Positions 21,891-34,276 of a stretch of DNA of 64,000 nucleotides are shown here, one piece after another. Below the pieces are notes generated by a model. That model did no database searches. It worked only from the letters and a program-made list of their open reading frames with translations, and had not been told where the DNA came from. The stretch covers positions 186,001 to 250,000 of the forward strand of contig CBFDEM010000023.1 in the NCBI GenBank assembly GCA_965603825.1, given 5' to 3'. The position numbers and the translations under genes were made by a program. Source of the DNA: Blepharisma stoltei ATCC 30299 (lineage: Eukaryota > Protista > Ciliophora). Each line of letters begins with the position of its first letter. The stretch's first letter is position 1.

Positions 21891-23963
21891 ATGAAAGGCA
21901 AAAAAGGTAAAAAAGTAAAAAAATCCCATGACATCGACGAGTTTATCAGCAAAGAATTCGAGTTAATGAAAAAGAACCGTAAAGCCAAACCCTTATTAAG
22001 AGCCAATGAAACTGCTGAGCAGCCTTCACGCTTAAATCAAATGATTAGACTTAAAGAAAATGAAGACTTGCCGCCTCCTCACCCTCAGCCACAGCCTCGC
22101 GAATCTTCAAAAAAATCAGAAATTAAGCCCAAAGAAAAAGAAGTCAGAGACGAAGAAATATATGAAGAAGATTTCGAGCCCATAGAAGAGGAAGAAATGC
22201 CTCCGCCTCCTCCTCCGCCTCCAAGGCCTAAGAAAGGTGTACGAGATATCACTCCAATCGGCGGAAAGCGCCAATCCTCAACTTCTTCATCATCAAAAAT
22301 CGACTACTCAATCGAAGACATTAAAAAAGGAATTGCGCATGAAAATGAAATTGCAAGAAAAAAAGAGGAAGAAGAAGAATCGCCTAGTAGCCGCAGTGGA
22401 GTAATTTCACATATAAAATCTGCCCCAAAACAGATAGAAGAAGTAGAAATTTCTCAAGAAAAAGTCGAAGAGCCTGCTGTGTTAAAAGAAGAAGAGGAAA
22501 ATAATTTGATTTATAAATTGAGTGAATTTGACGTGATGATAGAAAAACTGAATAAAGGGGTGATTCAGAATTCAACAGTTCAGTCGAATAGTGATAATGT
22601 AGAAAAAGAAATACAAACTTCAGAAATTGAATATCAAAACAAAGAAGCCCAATGGCCTGGAGATATGGGAAAGCTTAATGAAGAAAATATAAAGCCAACA
22701 GGGTCTATAAATAAGTTTCTCAGAAAAGTACTGCCAGCTATGGAAATTTTATTGGAAGAAAACATAACAAATAAAGGAGGAGAAGTAAAACTTAAAGCTC
22801 AAGAAAAGCCTGAAACAGAGTATATCAAGTCTCAGCTTTCTCTTCCAGTACCAACATTTCTGAACACTCGCTTCCCGAACTCTTCTTTTAAAATCACCGA
22901 TTTAGCATTTTTCCCTCAAAAAAGAAACTTCCTGGCAATTGTGTATTCATTAGAAAAATCAGGAAGCTTAATTTTAGTATGGGATGTCCAGCAGCCTCGA
23001 AAGCCATCTCGGCTATTGTTATCAGATTCTACTGTGTCTACAGTAGTTATTTCAAGAAATAGTGAGCATATTGCAATTGCTGGCACAGATGTAGGCGGGA
23101 TTTTATTATGAGACTTACGAGAATCATCATCTTTTCATGAGATTATTCACATTGACGATAAAAAATACACCCTTAGAAGGCCTACTTATAGCACTGAAGG
23201 TGTAGTTGAGAATTCTCACATAGGCTCTGTACAAAAAATAATAGAATTAGCTGGACCTAAAGGACAAAGTTTTTCCATTGCAAGCTTGGACAACTCAGGG
23301 CAGTTAATTTCTTGGAGTATTGCTGAGCTCCCAATCGCTGATTTGGCAGGATCAGAAATCGATCTAGGACTAAGGGTAGGGGGAAGAGTAAAAATAGTGA
23401 AAAGCAATAGCCTAGCAATCCCTAATTTATTCAAGCTCCGAGTTGCAAGTGGAAGCGTTTTTGGAATTGACCCAAGTGACAACCAAAAATTCATATATGG
23501 AAATTCTGGGAATTTATATCATGGAAATAGATTTGGAAACTGGGCAAGTCCTAACAATTTTGAAGGAACAGGGAGCACTCCTACATGTGTTGCATACTCC
23601 TCTTCAGAAAATTTTAAACATTTTCTTGTTGGGTTTAGCTGTGGAAGTATAGCACTTTATGATAAAAATTTTAGTGCGCCTAAAGAAAATTGGGCGCATG
23701 TCTGTGGAAGTTTGATAAGGATTGGCTGGGATCCGAATGGGAAAGAAATTTTTTATTGTATAGATATGAATCAGCAGCTAATGGTTTGGGATTTGAAGAG
23801 AAAAAATAATGGGCCGATTTTGACTATTAAGCTTAAAGGAGAGTGGCAAGCAATTGACTGGATTTTGCCAGAAAATATAAATCAGGAGCTTATTCTAGCT
23901 GCAAGTAATGGAGAAAACGCAAAAGTCTATTCAATTGCAATAAATTCATCAAATATTAGATAA
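21891..23963 (+). CDS. WD40 protein, cytoplasmic dynein-2 intermediate chain WDR60/DYNC2I1-like (690 aa)
   Basis: Charged N-terminus with YEEDFE, EIQTSEIE..AQWP and FLRKVLPAMEILLEEN, then WD repeats; TGA 23109 falls in GGILLWDLRE. Confidence 0.7.
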
Positions 23964-24051
23964 TAATTTTAAATAGGATATCTTAATAAGGTTATCACAA
24001 TGGTATAGCCTCGTAATTATGTAATAGAGCAGGTATAAATTAAATAAATTA

Positions 24052-24651
24052 ATGAAACCTCTGAAATCTGATCTAAACTACACCCAAACCCTTATCCGAA
24101 ATCTTATTTCTGACAACAAAAGCTTGCATGAAGACGTTGAAGATTTTCGAGTCGTCCTAGAAGCAGTCGCAGACAAGCTAAAAGATCTTAAAAAGGAACT
24201 CGATAATGAAAAAATTCGCGGCCAAAAGGTTGATTTTTTAGAAGAACAAATAAGCCAGGAAAGAAAAAAAGGCGACTCTTTGGCTGAGTCAAATTTTCGG
24301 CTAAAAGAAAGATATTTAAGCATGCTTGAAGTGATGAGACAGGCAGCTTTTGAGATCTCTGAACAAGATAAAGAGGATCAGCTTGTAATTGACCATTTAA
24401 TAAGAGAAAATAAACATTTGAGAGAGATGTTGGGGATTTCAAGGCTGGATGAGTCAGCTATGAAAGAAATTGATGAAGCTCTTTTAATGGAAGAAGAAGG
24501 GCTAGTTTCTATGAATCAGCAAGAGTATCAAACCATAATTGCAGAATTTGTGAAGAAGAAACAAAAAAAAGAAGAAAACTTGTTGCTGCCGCCAAAACCG
24601 ACGAAAAAATCGTATTTATTAGCCCCAAAGCAAGAGTCAAATCCTCAATAA
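24052..24651 (+). CDS. Coiled-coil protein, SIKE/FGFR1OP2-like (199 aa)
   Basis: MLEVMRQAA...IDHLIRENKHLREMLGIS resembles the SIKE-family C-terminal motif MxxVMRxA...LxxENxxLRExLxI. Confidence 0.55.
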   Translation: MKPLKSDLNYTQTLIRNLISDNKSLHEDVEDFRVVLEAVADKLKDLKKELDNEKIRGQKVDFLEEQISQERKKGDSLAESNFRLKERYLSMLEVMRQAAFEISEQDKEDQLVIDHLIRENKHLREMLGISRLDESAMKEIDEALLMEEEGLVSMNQQEYQTIIAEFVKKKQKKEENLLLPPKPTKKSYLLAPKQESNPQ

Positions 24652-24671
24652 TGCTAATGCTGTTATTAATA

Positions 24672-25646
24672 TATAGTTTGGCTGATCATGATACCCTGAA
24701 TCCTCTTATCCATGTTATGAGAATTTTTTAGTTTTTCTACTATTTTTTAAATCGCTACAAAATTTAACTAATTTTCAATTATTATTTCATAAATGAATTG
24801 ACTGCTTAAAGGTGATACTCCAGTCCCACATAAAAAAAGTTTAGAGAAAATCCAGTAAAATGATATCTGTCAAAACACACAAGAGATTGCAGTCAGAAAC
24901 AAATCTTTATACACTTCGATGTGTGCTTGAATAGACCAATAATTTCAAGGATCAATATTAAGAAGTAATAAATTATCCTCTGGAGATGCGGTGATTACAT
25001 TTACTGCTGGAGGATTTATGAGGAATTAATCAAAAGAAGCTTCATCAAATTAAAGGACAATGAAAGAACACTTATAATACCCTTAGGCGATTCGTCATAA
25101 ATAGGGAGATAACCTATGCAAGATATAAAATAAGGATTATCTTAACCAGCATGCATCGTGATAGAATAGGTCATTGAATTATTAAATTTACAATGTAAGG
25201 TGGTAGAAGTCATAATGGAGAACTCAATTTTCTCAAATAAGCAAGTTATTACAGTGACTTTGTTGCAGAATCCAGGTACAGCTTGTAATGTAAATTTCAA
25301 TCACAAGAAAAGGCCATAACTTCACCCCAATAAATTAGAAATTGGGAAGAAATGCATATACCTCAGACATTTAGAAACTATGTCTTGCTAAATTTGTGAG
25401 CACGCTGGGCATAATGCAGAGGGACATGAACGAATACAAAAATGAGATAAAACAGAAAATCAAAAAAGTTGAGAAAACTATAAGAAATGAAGAGGGAATC
25501 GATCATTCAGTTAGTAACGAAGACAAAACTAAAAATTTGCAAAGGACAGCCTCCTAGAAGGAATAATAATTTTAATCTTTAATCTAGTTGTGGGATTCTA
25601 ACGTTTGGGGAGCTGGTAAAACCAATATAGCCCGTTCCCGGCTATA
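24672..25646 (+). mobile_element. Decayed ~975-bp TA-bounded element with a zinc-knuckle-like relic
   Basis: ATATAG / CTATAT inverted ends; stop-riddled coding-like sequence with SC*ICEHAGHNAEGH at ~25383-25427; terminal hairpin ATATAGCC-N7-GGCTATAT. Confidence 0.4.
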
Positions 25647-25698
25647 TCTTTAGAAATATTATATATTATAATTAATGATTTTTATAGCTTTATAATTA

Positions 25699-26730
25699 TT
25701 ATTTTTGATATTTAGATCCTAATAGCGCAAAATAATCATCAATAAACTGTCTTAAATCTTCTGGATTTTCCACAAAATGATCAACTGAAACTGTGCCTTT
25801 ATAGTTTGGCTTAAAAATAGGCTCGAGCTCAACTTCAGGATTTTCTGGCGGAATTGGAGAAGTCTGGCAAGACCTCGACTTTTCTCTTGACCCTTTTGTC
25901 AAATCTTCATAATTTTCATTAGTCTCCAATTTCAATTTGCTTTCACTCAATTCTAATATAAATTTCAAAGCAATTTTCATGCTTGTAAAAGTTCATCTAA
26001 ACTCTACATTATCTCTATGATCAATTCTTGGAGGATACCTAAACCTCTTAATATAATAATAATTGCTAAAAAGCTTAGGGGTTTTAGACTTCAAAACAAC
26101 ATATACAAACATAGGCAAAGACTCATCAGCGCCATGAGCCACGCTTCCTTCATTAATGCTTGATATAATTTCTATATAGAGCCCTACTGTTAATAATTCT
26201 AAAACAATTTGAAATACATACCAACTTATCTCGTGGTGAGGTGTATTTATTGATATTTTGTATTTCTATCTGATATAAAACATACGTTCAATTGCTGGGG
26301 TAAAAATTATTTCTTTATCTGGTGGGATTTGGATGTCTAAGTGTCTTGGTTTTATAAATTCAAATGAATTGAAAGCTAGCATGAGCTGCTCGTCTAAGTT
26401 TCTTTCAAGAGGTTCTGTTTCGAATAGAATCCTGAATAAATTTTACTTGTATTTTTCTCTTGTTATTATGTACTCTAATGCTTCAGAACTTTCATCAATT
26501 TCACTTCAATCAGAGCCTCGCCAGCAAGAGTAGTTTCCTAGCTGTTTTTCAAACTGCTCTACTAGAGCATGGATTCTGGCACTTTTTTCAGATCTTGGAA
26601 GATCAGGGGTGAGACGGTATTCGAGGAAGCTGGATATGGAATACTAGAGGATTTGGTCTAAGAGTTTTTTAGATGAAGGATGCTGGAGTTTTTCTTTAAA
26701 AGAATTTATGTTAATTCCACGATCTCCCAT
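25699..26730 (-). CDS. VPS9-domain Rab5 GEF (321 aa; four micro-introns)
   Basis: INKYTSPRDKLVCISNC, GADESLPMFVYVVLKSKTPKLFSNYYYIKRFR and WTFTSMKIALKFI; introns 26630-44, 26432-46, 26266-85 and 26172-87. Confidence 0.85.
26172..26187 (-). other. 16-nt intron GTAGGGCTCTATATAG
   Basis: GT-AG, A at -6, restores the VPS9 frame. Confidence 0.8.
26266..26285 (-). other. Putative 20-nt intron GTATGTTTTATATCAGATAG
   Basis: The only GT-AG removal found that restores the frame (AIE-QIQNINKY); the 16-nt CAG acceptor frameshifts. Confidence 0.55.
26432..26446 (-). other. 15-nt intron GTAAAATTTATTCAG
   Basis: GT-AG, A at -6, removes an in-frame TAA. Confidence 0.85.
26630..26644 (-). other. 15-nt intron GTATTCCATATCCAG
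   Basis: GT-AG, A at -6, converts TAG to TAC. Confidence 0.85.
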
Positions 26731-27433
26731 TTATATAAATATAAATTGGCTGATGTTATTTTGCTTGTCAATAGCTTGAATAGCAAAACATCTATAACAC
26801 TTTGGAATAAGTACTATTTTGCAGTTTTATATATCAGATATCAAAAAATGCTTTAAATATTTTTAGCAAGATCTGCTGACTGATTAAGATGGCCATACAT
26901 GCATGTATTTTACTATTTCTGAGGTGAATTTGATGAATACCATATCAATTAGACCAAAAATACCTTTTCTATTCAAATTATATAAGATACAGATTTTTAT
27001 TTTATACTTTATTCAATTAAATGAGTAAAAATTAAGGCAGATCTTATATTTTTGTCCTTTAATTTAGTCATGAAGCTACGTTTATTTTCTTATTTATAGC
27101 TCTTCTTGAATAAATGTCATCTCTTTAGCGATTTTCTGCTGAAAAAATAAATTATCGTTATTTTCTTAAATTTTATTATACCGAAAAATGTTATTTCCTT
27201 ATCCGACCTCCATTTTATTACATCTTAACTTCGCTTTTTCTTATTTTACCCCTTATCCATACAATTTTTTGTTCTCTTATATAGATTTGTTACTTTTTGA
27301 TAATTTATCATAACCCTTAAAGCTTTCCAGCACCGATTGGTAGCATTGATTTGTCAAGCCAAAGGGTTTGCGCTCTTATTCAAATATTTTTAACCATTGT
27401 AGCGTTTTAAGAATTAAATATGAAATAATAAAA

Positions 27434-27754
27434 ATGACAGAGAGTAACGTTGATACAATATTATCTCGAATATCAGAAGTCTCTGAGCAGTGGGAATCAA
27501 GTGAAGGACCATCTCCATGCCATAATAATTTTCGCTTTAGCAAAAAATCAGTCCCTACTATGAGAGAGGCTCTCTGGTTGATCCAAGAAGAAAACGAAAA
27601 TGAACTGCATAGCCCTAACCCTTCCAAAAAGATAACAGTAGATTCAGCTGAAGAATCCCCAAACGACGAAAAGAATGCTGAAATTAATTTGAAAGAATTT
27701 GAGTCTAAATTGGTAGGAAAAGACAAATGTTCATGTGCTTGCACACTATTTTAA
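27434..27754 (+). CDS. Small acidic protein with a C-terminal CaaX box (…KCSCACTLF), likely prenylated/palmitoylated (106 aa)
   Basis: ATG in AAAATG context; terminal Cys cluster plus CTLF. Confidence 0.65.
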   Translation: MTESNVDTILSRISEVSEQWESSEGPSPCHNNFRFSKKSVPTMREALWLIQEENENELHSPNPSKKITVDSAEESPNDEKNAEINLKEFESKLVGKDKCSCACTLF

Positions 27755-28552
27755 TACTAAATTTTAATTGTAACCTATTAATTACAAAAATTTAAGACTT
27801 TACCAGTTTTATCGTATAAGGATGGATGAGAGAATATAACAATTCTTAATTACAAATTATATGTAGAAAAATTATAATAAACAACAAAAAAAATGAAATT
27901 TTGGCTTTCTTTATAATCAAAAAAAAACTTACAAGCGTTTTTGGTGTATTTAGAGATTTTATTCTTTGCATTATATTTAAGGGATTTTTCAAAAATTTTA
28001 ATTATTGAAAAAGAAGTCCTTGAAAAGCTAATTGGGAGGAGCATGTACTTACAAGCCTCAAACAGATATTTAGGATGTAATGCAATTTTTTGACTCTAAT
28101 TAGAAAATTAAGGATATTTTTATAAACCTATTTAGATGGAAAACCAGGTCGAACTTTAAAAATTAGCATTATTGCTTAATTATTTAGCTGATATTATAGT
28201 CTACAGCCAAAATTTCTAAAGCTCAAACTTAATTTAGTAAATTAAATAATAAAATTTGTGTATTAAAAACTAATTAATTTATCTGTTTTGAATATAAACA
28301 ATAAAAAAATGGAAAAGCATATTTCAATCTTGGTATTTTATGAGGATCCCTATTAAAATTTAATCTTTTAAGGAGTTTGCTAATATTAATATCTTTGAGT
28401 TTTTATTCTTCATAGTTTTCCGAATCCTAAATTAAAATGTAAATTGCTCTGTCTGCTTTGTCTAGATTTTGATCTAAATGATTTTCTTATGACTAGGTAA
28501 GCTGAAATTAAACTCTTCAGAGATTTTTAATTTATCTAAATCAATTATATTA

Positions 28553-31500
28553 TTAATTTGAAACAGTCTTTGATCCCTTTTTAAACTGTTCAAGCCTCTT
28601 CTTTGATACCTTCCCAAACGTAAAAGCAAATTTAAATAGAGTATTGGTATCTCTCGCTTTTGCTCTATAAAGCATGCTTGGGCACTTTTTGTGCTGCACA
28701 TAAATCCCAAAAGATACCATCAAAATCCACCCAGAAATTAAAATAAGCAGCAAAGGAGTCAAAAAATTGCTACTTTGAAAACCCAGTCCAATCGTTGAAA
28801 GCAACGCCAACCACACGACTCCTATCAAGCTTATGCCTTGCCACAAGCTGAATCTTGCATAATTATAAGGCCTAAACTTAAAAATAAATGCAATATAGAC
28901 GATCATAACAACAATAAATATAATTCCATGACCAATATCTGATGCCCTTTTGACTGTCTTATTCAGGACAATCAAAATCGTCTGAATAATTGTTTTCATC
29001 ATCAAAAACAACGGAGTCGACTTTACATGAAGTGTTGGCTGTAATTCTTGCTAAAGAGGACGACAAAATACAGCTAGTGGCTCATAAGCTATTAATGCAA
29101 TAAATGAGAAAATAGCATAATATAAATGCTCATCTTTCCAGCAGAAATAAAAGCAGTCAAACGCAAGAAAACTGTCAGTGAAATTTTCACCGATAGAGTG
29201 GTCACACACAAATATGTCAAGGCAGATTGAAACGAAAGGAATAAAGCAAAGATTCCCCAAAATCGGCATTATGAAATCTTCAGCAGATCCTAAAAACCTG
29301 AAAATCCATATAAATCCCCATTTTTCGTCTAGTCTAAATAAAACAACCACACAAAACACGACCCATAAAAATATTCCTCCATAGATAGCATTAACCACAA
29401 TCCAAAATATCCCATTCCTCATTTTAAAAATATTCCCCAGGTTTAAAGACATGGCATTGCTAATATTAAACAGGAAGGGGCTTATAATAGAAGCATCTGG
29501 TCCCATTGCTGCAAATTGAAAAAACTCTACAGCAATAGTTAACCCCACAATGGTATCTTGTAATGAAATTTCATGCTTTTCTTTGAGGGCTTCTATTGGG
29601 ATGTTTCACCATTGTTTTCATATTAGAAAAGTAATTATCACAGTTGTCAAACTTACTGCAAAACAAATTACAAAGAGAACGGCTCGTCCTTTGACAAAAG
29701 TTTTAACTTTATCGTTGGGGAATGGGCATTCATAATTGGCATTTCTCAAATCGCTTGACTTATTTGTTGTCCCATCTGCATAAGTTATAGGCTCTATAAT
29801 AAATAGTCGTTGGGCACTATATGGTTTTATCTCCCCAACGTCGTAGACTATGGGATTACCATCTTGGTTTGATTTCATTGCTTGGATTAAGAATTCGTCG
29901 AAAATTCGGTCATTGCTGCCATTATCGATACTTACAGCTCCTGTGCACCCGATGAATTTTGTACTTCTTATTGCCTTCATTAATTTTATTGGGTCAGAAT
30001 AATTTTGTCCTCTGTTGATCATGTAGTCTAAAGCGTTTCCTACTAAATAAACAGAGTCATAATAAGAACAACTGGCTCCAGCTGGCTGTTTATGGTATTT
30101 AGTAAAAATTCTATTTTTGGTATCTTCTCCCACTTCTCCAGCCCATACTGGGTAAAGGATCTGCACAGCTGAGTACCCAACTGCAAATCTTTTATATAAA
30201 TTTGTATCATTTGTTAAAAAATAGTTAAGGGTGTCTGATGCTCCTGCATAGATAACAAGATCTCCTTTCCTCATCCCTAAATCATACAAATATTCAGCTG
30301 CATAATTCGATGTGGGGTACTGACATAGTAGTATTAATAGTCTTGCTTGTGAAATTATGATCGCTTGGAAAACATCAGCATATTGTAAAATTGTGGTTTC
30401 ATTCAATCCTGGAGGTATAGCGTGTAGGTTTATAGGATTAATCAGCTCGATTCCCAAGAGTTTTGACATTTCTACTATAAGTTTATAAGCGGTGATGCTC
30501 CATCCATTATTTTCGTATATTATTGAAGCCTTTTTCCACCCCATAATACTTATTAGTGATATAAGTTGGCCATATGTAGACGAAGCAATCGTCCTCACGT
30601 ACATGGGAAAAGATGCTGAAGACTGCAATGATGGGTCCATATTTGTGCTCCCGATGCATGGGATACTCATGTTTAATTTTGGAAGTAAATGCAAAGTTCC
30701 AATTGCTACTGCAGACCCAAAGCCAGTAAAATGAGCTAAACCTAGTTCATCAGCATCTTTTGTGAAGCAGGCTTTTGCAAATGACTCATTGAATATAGTG
30801 ACCCCACAGTCAAAACTGTAGAGGCTGACTTGAAAATTAGATAAAATATTGGTGCCTTCATTAATTTTATCTGCAGCTATATAGGAGCCCATTGAGCGGA
30901 TTTGTGAGCCCTCACTTGGAGCAAAGCCTGGATTAGTTGTCCCATCATTTATGCTGAGTTTTAGCACTTTTTTGGCTGACTTAGGAGGATTCTTAGTTTT
31001 GCCAGGAAAGACTAGGTCTTTAATGACAGTAACATTGCTATTTATAATGGAGCCGACAACAATTCTTTCGCCATTTTGAATATTTACAATTGAAAACTCA
31101 TTTTTTATACTGTTGTTGTTTGGCAGGTAAAAATCAAACAATGACACAAGCTCGTTGAGAGATTCTGAAGAAATATTATCCAGCAAATATGAAATGACAT
31201 CAATGATGGACTTTGCTAAATACTCAGTAGTGTTGGAATCAAATTCGTGGCCTTTTTCAGTAATAATCAGAGCTCCTTCGTATTCACAATTGTAGCCACT
31301 TTTCTGATCTAAAATAATTCCAGTCCCAGAATTCAAAAGGTCTGCATTTTTCAAAGAATCTTGCAAGTAAGCTGATTGTAGCGGATCTGTTAGAATATAG
31401 TAAAGAGTTGCTCCAAGCCGGAAAACAATTTTTTCTACCAGCTCATCAATGTTTGTATCTGATCCTACAGGAATAAACTTAAGTGTAGATGAAAATTTAT

Positions 31501-31990
31501 TAGTTTCAGTTTTTAATTCATAGCTAAGGCCATTGCCAAATACTATTCCTTCTGTCCAATTAAAATATCTGAGTAAGGAAAAAAAAGCATCCATTTGGCT
31601 TGATTTTGAAGGCGCAATTGAATAAGTTCATTTATTGGAATACTTTAGGTCATTATTAAAAACCAAATGAATCAGCATATGGTCTTTGCTGACTTGGGAA
31701 AGGGAAAGGTGGACATCAAGATCACTTGACAAGTCAAGCAAGATGGAGGCGTTTGGGTAAAATGAGAGACACTCAAGTATATTGATAAAGCTACATTCGT
31801 GAAACTCAGCTAAAGGTTCAACAACTTTAAAAGTTTCAAGAAAATAGGGCTTATTTGCGTATTTGTTGTCAGAATTCACATTTGTTTCGGGATTATCAGA
31901 AAAAACTGAGATGATTTCTATAGAACTGATTTTACCTAATAGAGCAAAGAGCACTAGCGTTTTCCAAAGTTGACGTTGAATAGGATGCAT
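28553..31990 (-). CDS. Cell-surface receptor-like protein: signal peptide, tandem Venus-flytrap (ANF_receptor/PBP1) domains and an ~9-TM module; one in-frame TAG at 29051
   Basis: FFSLLRYFNWTEG, LQSSASFPMYVRTI, MGWKKASIIYENNGW and FIGCTGAVSIDNGSNDR are VFT motifs; all ORF pieces are in one frame. Confidence 0.75.
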
Positions 31991-32794
31991 ATTAATTGTA
32001 ACAAAATAAAAAACAATCACTTTTTAATAATAAAAATCTTGATTAAAGCCAGCCCATTGAATATATTTTAAATTATTAATTAGTGACGGTAAGCTTTTGT
32101 TTGGCTTGAACCAAAAATTAAACTTCTAATATTTTAAAATTTTTAGCTAAAAGTTGAAATTTACCGAACATTATTAAAGATGCATAATAAAAATTTATAA
32201 TAATGATTAAATAGTAAATGTTAGAATTAAATTATCATTAATTTGATAATTTTTGATTTAAAACTTTAATTTAATTAAGCATCCCACAAGATTTTCTTTA
32301 ATATCAATTAGCATCCATTAAGCACTAAAATATTTTCAAATCATATTAAAATTTAATTGAATTTATGATACAAAGAAATGTGTATTTTCTTAATGAAAAT
32401 CAAGCAGTATCATTTATTTTTATAAAATAACGCTATAGCTATAATGAATTATTTAACAGCTTTCAGCCTGGTTTTTGTTGAGGAACTTTATACTATTTAA
32501 ATTTGATTAGTAGAATTTCTTATTCTTCCCATCTAAACTATGAGAGCTAGTTTGAAGTTTGACAAGTTCATAATTAGCCTGACCTTGCAACTTTACTCGT
32601 TCATCTAACGACAGAAAACAAAAAAAAAATTAGCTTTTCCATATTTAGTTTGAAATTTTAGCAAATTATCAAATTTTATATAGAGCGCTCTTTATAATAA
32701 TCTATGTAGCTATCGATTAATTGAAAAAAATTCTGCTGAAAAGAAATAATTATTAATAAGGATAGATTAAATTTTAACTCCTTTGAATAAAAAT

Positions 32795-34169
32795 TTAATG
32801 AAAATCTTGTCGCAATATTTCTTTTTGATAATTGATTGTAGTCAATAATAGACTTTCCAGCTCACAAAGCTTGACTTCCATAATTGGCCTTAAAGGAATA
32901 AATCTGTTGATATAAAGCTGCTGATACGTTAAGCATCTCAGCTTGCTTTGGCTAATTTCTAAATCAATAATCTTATTATTTCCTGCTTCATTAAAAACTT
33001 TATAAGTCGTATTAAGCTCGCCATTACATTTCGACTGAATTCTATAACTAATATCATTTTTCTCCAAAATTTTTACAAGAATTCCATAAGCTTCAAGCTT
33101 TACTGAGTTATGGACTAAAATATTTATAAATTTTACAAGCAATTTCCCCCCTCTTTCCTTCTTAATTATAAATTTTTCAAATAAATTGTCCAAAATCTTT
33201 TTCTCTGTGGCGCTTTCTTGCAGCTCATCTTTTGTTTCAAACTGTAATGTTAGGCTTATCCCTTTAACTTCTGTCTAAATCTCCATTACATTGACTCGAA
33301 TTTCTATATTTTTTTCATTAAATTTTCTTACACTATAGAGTTCTGTGTTTTCAATTTCATTATAAATTGTTTTCATTAATGCGAAATCTTTGACTGCTTC
33401 TTCAGCCCGGAATAAATCTTCATTTATGATATCATTTTTGAATAAATTAAGAGCTGGTAAAGATAAATTATTTGATTTCATAACTACATGCAAAAATTTC
33501 ATCTTTTTCACTTCTGGATGAAGCTGCACCTTGAAGCCTTCTTGCTTATCGATAAATAAAAATGCTTTATGGATGTCTCCGACCAAGTTTTTCATTTTTC
33601 CATTCCAAATTAGAGCATAAACTGAGTTGCCTTCCCGCAAAATTTTTCATTTTTTCCTGATTTCTAATAAATTGTGTATAAAAATATGCTGCCGATCCTT
33701 ATTTTCTTCAATTGATTTAATTCTCTCGTCCATAATGTTTTCACAGTCTGCCAGTGCTTTATATTTAAGTGCAATTCTCTCGATTCAATTTATAGGTGTA
33801 GATTTGTGCTTAACTAAATGTTTGATAGAAAAGAATTGCCTTGTTCCCATACGGCCGACTAATTTTCCAATTGAGTTTGATTTGGCTTCACTAGGACGAC
33901 ACATTTCAACCATATCTATGACGGACTGAATTTGGAAAAGAGCAGCTCTATGATTAAGGTTACTTTAATGAAGCATCAGCTTTATGCAAATCTTCTCAGT
34001 CAGCAAGATTAGGGGATTCCTGATTGAAAATTTCTAAAGAATTCAACTGGGTCGAGAACTCTTGAAAAGGAGTTTGCTTCCTTACTATATTTTACTCATG
34101 GTATACCGGATTTTCTTGTTCATCATAAAATTCCACTTCATTCTGCTGCTTAGGCTCAATTGATACCAT
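32795..34169 (-). CDS. Mediator subunit MED17-like (442 aa; introns 34081-95, 33948-63, 33275-89)
   Basis: LKAALFQIQSVIDMV and KYKALADCENIMDERI...FIHNLLEIRKKWKILREG resemble MED17 helices; frame closes after three micro-introns and TGA=Trp. Confidence 0.5.
33275..33289 (-). other. 15-nt intron GTAATGGAGATTTAG
   Basis: GT-AG, A at -6, in-frame TAG. Confidence 0.8.
33948..33963 (-). other. 16-nt intron GTAACCTTAATCATAG
   Basis: GT-AG, A at -7, restores the frame. Confidence 0.75.
34081..34095 (-). other. 15-nt intron GTAAAATATAGTAAG
   Basis: GT-AG, A at -6, removes an in-frame TAA. Confidence 0.75.
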
Positions 34170-34276
34170 ATTTCTGAATTTATTAAATAACCCATAATGA
34201 CGTATTTTTCAATCACACTATTTTTTCCTCGTTTTTATTACATTACTCTTTTGACTTATAAGTATGTAAATATATT

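Noticed and set aside
29051-29071. 21-nt GT-AG intron removing the receptor TAG
   Set aside because: It lacks the -6/-7 branch A, has an atypical length and would delete the end of a TM helix
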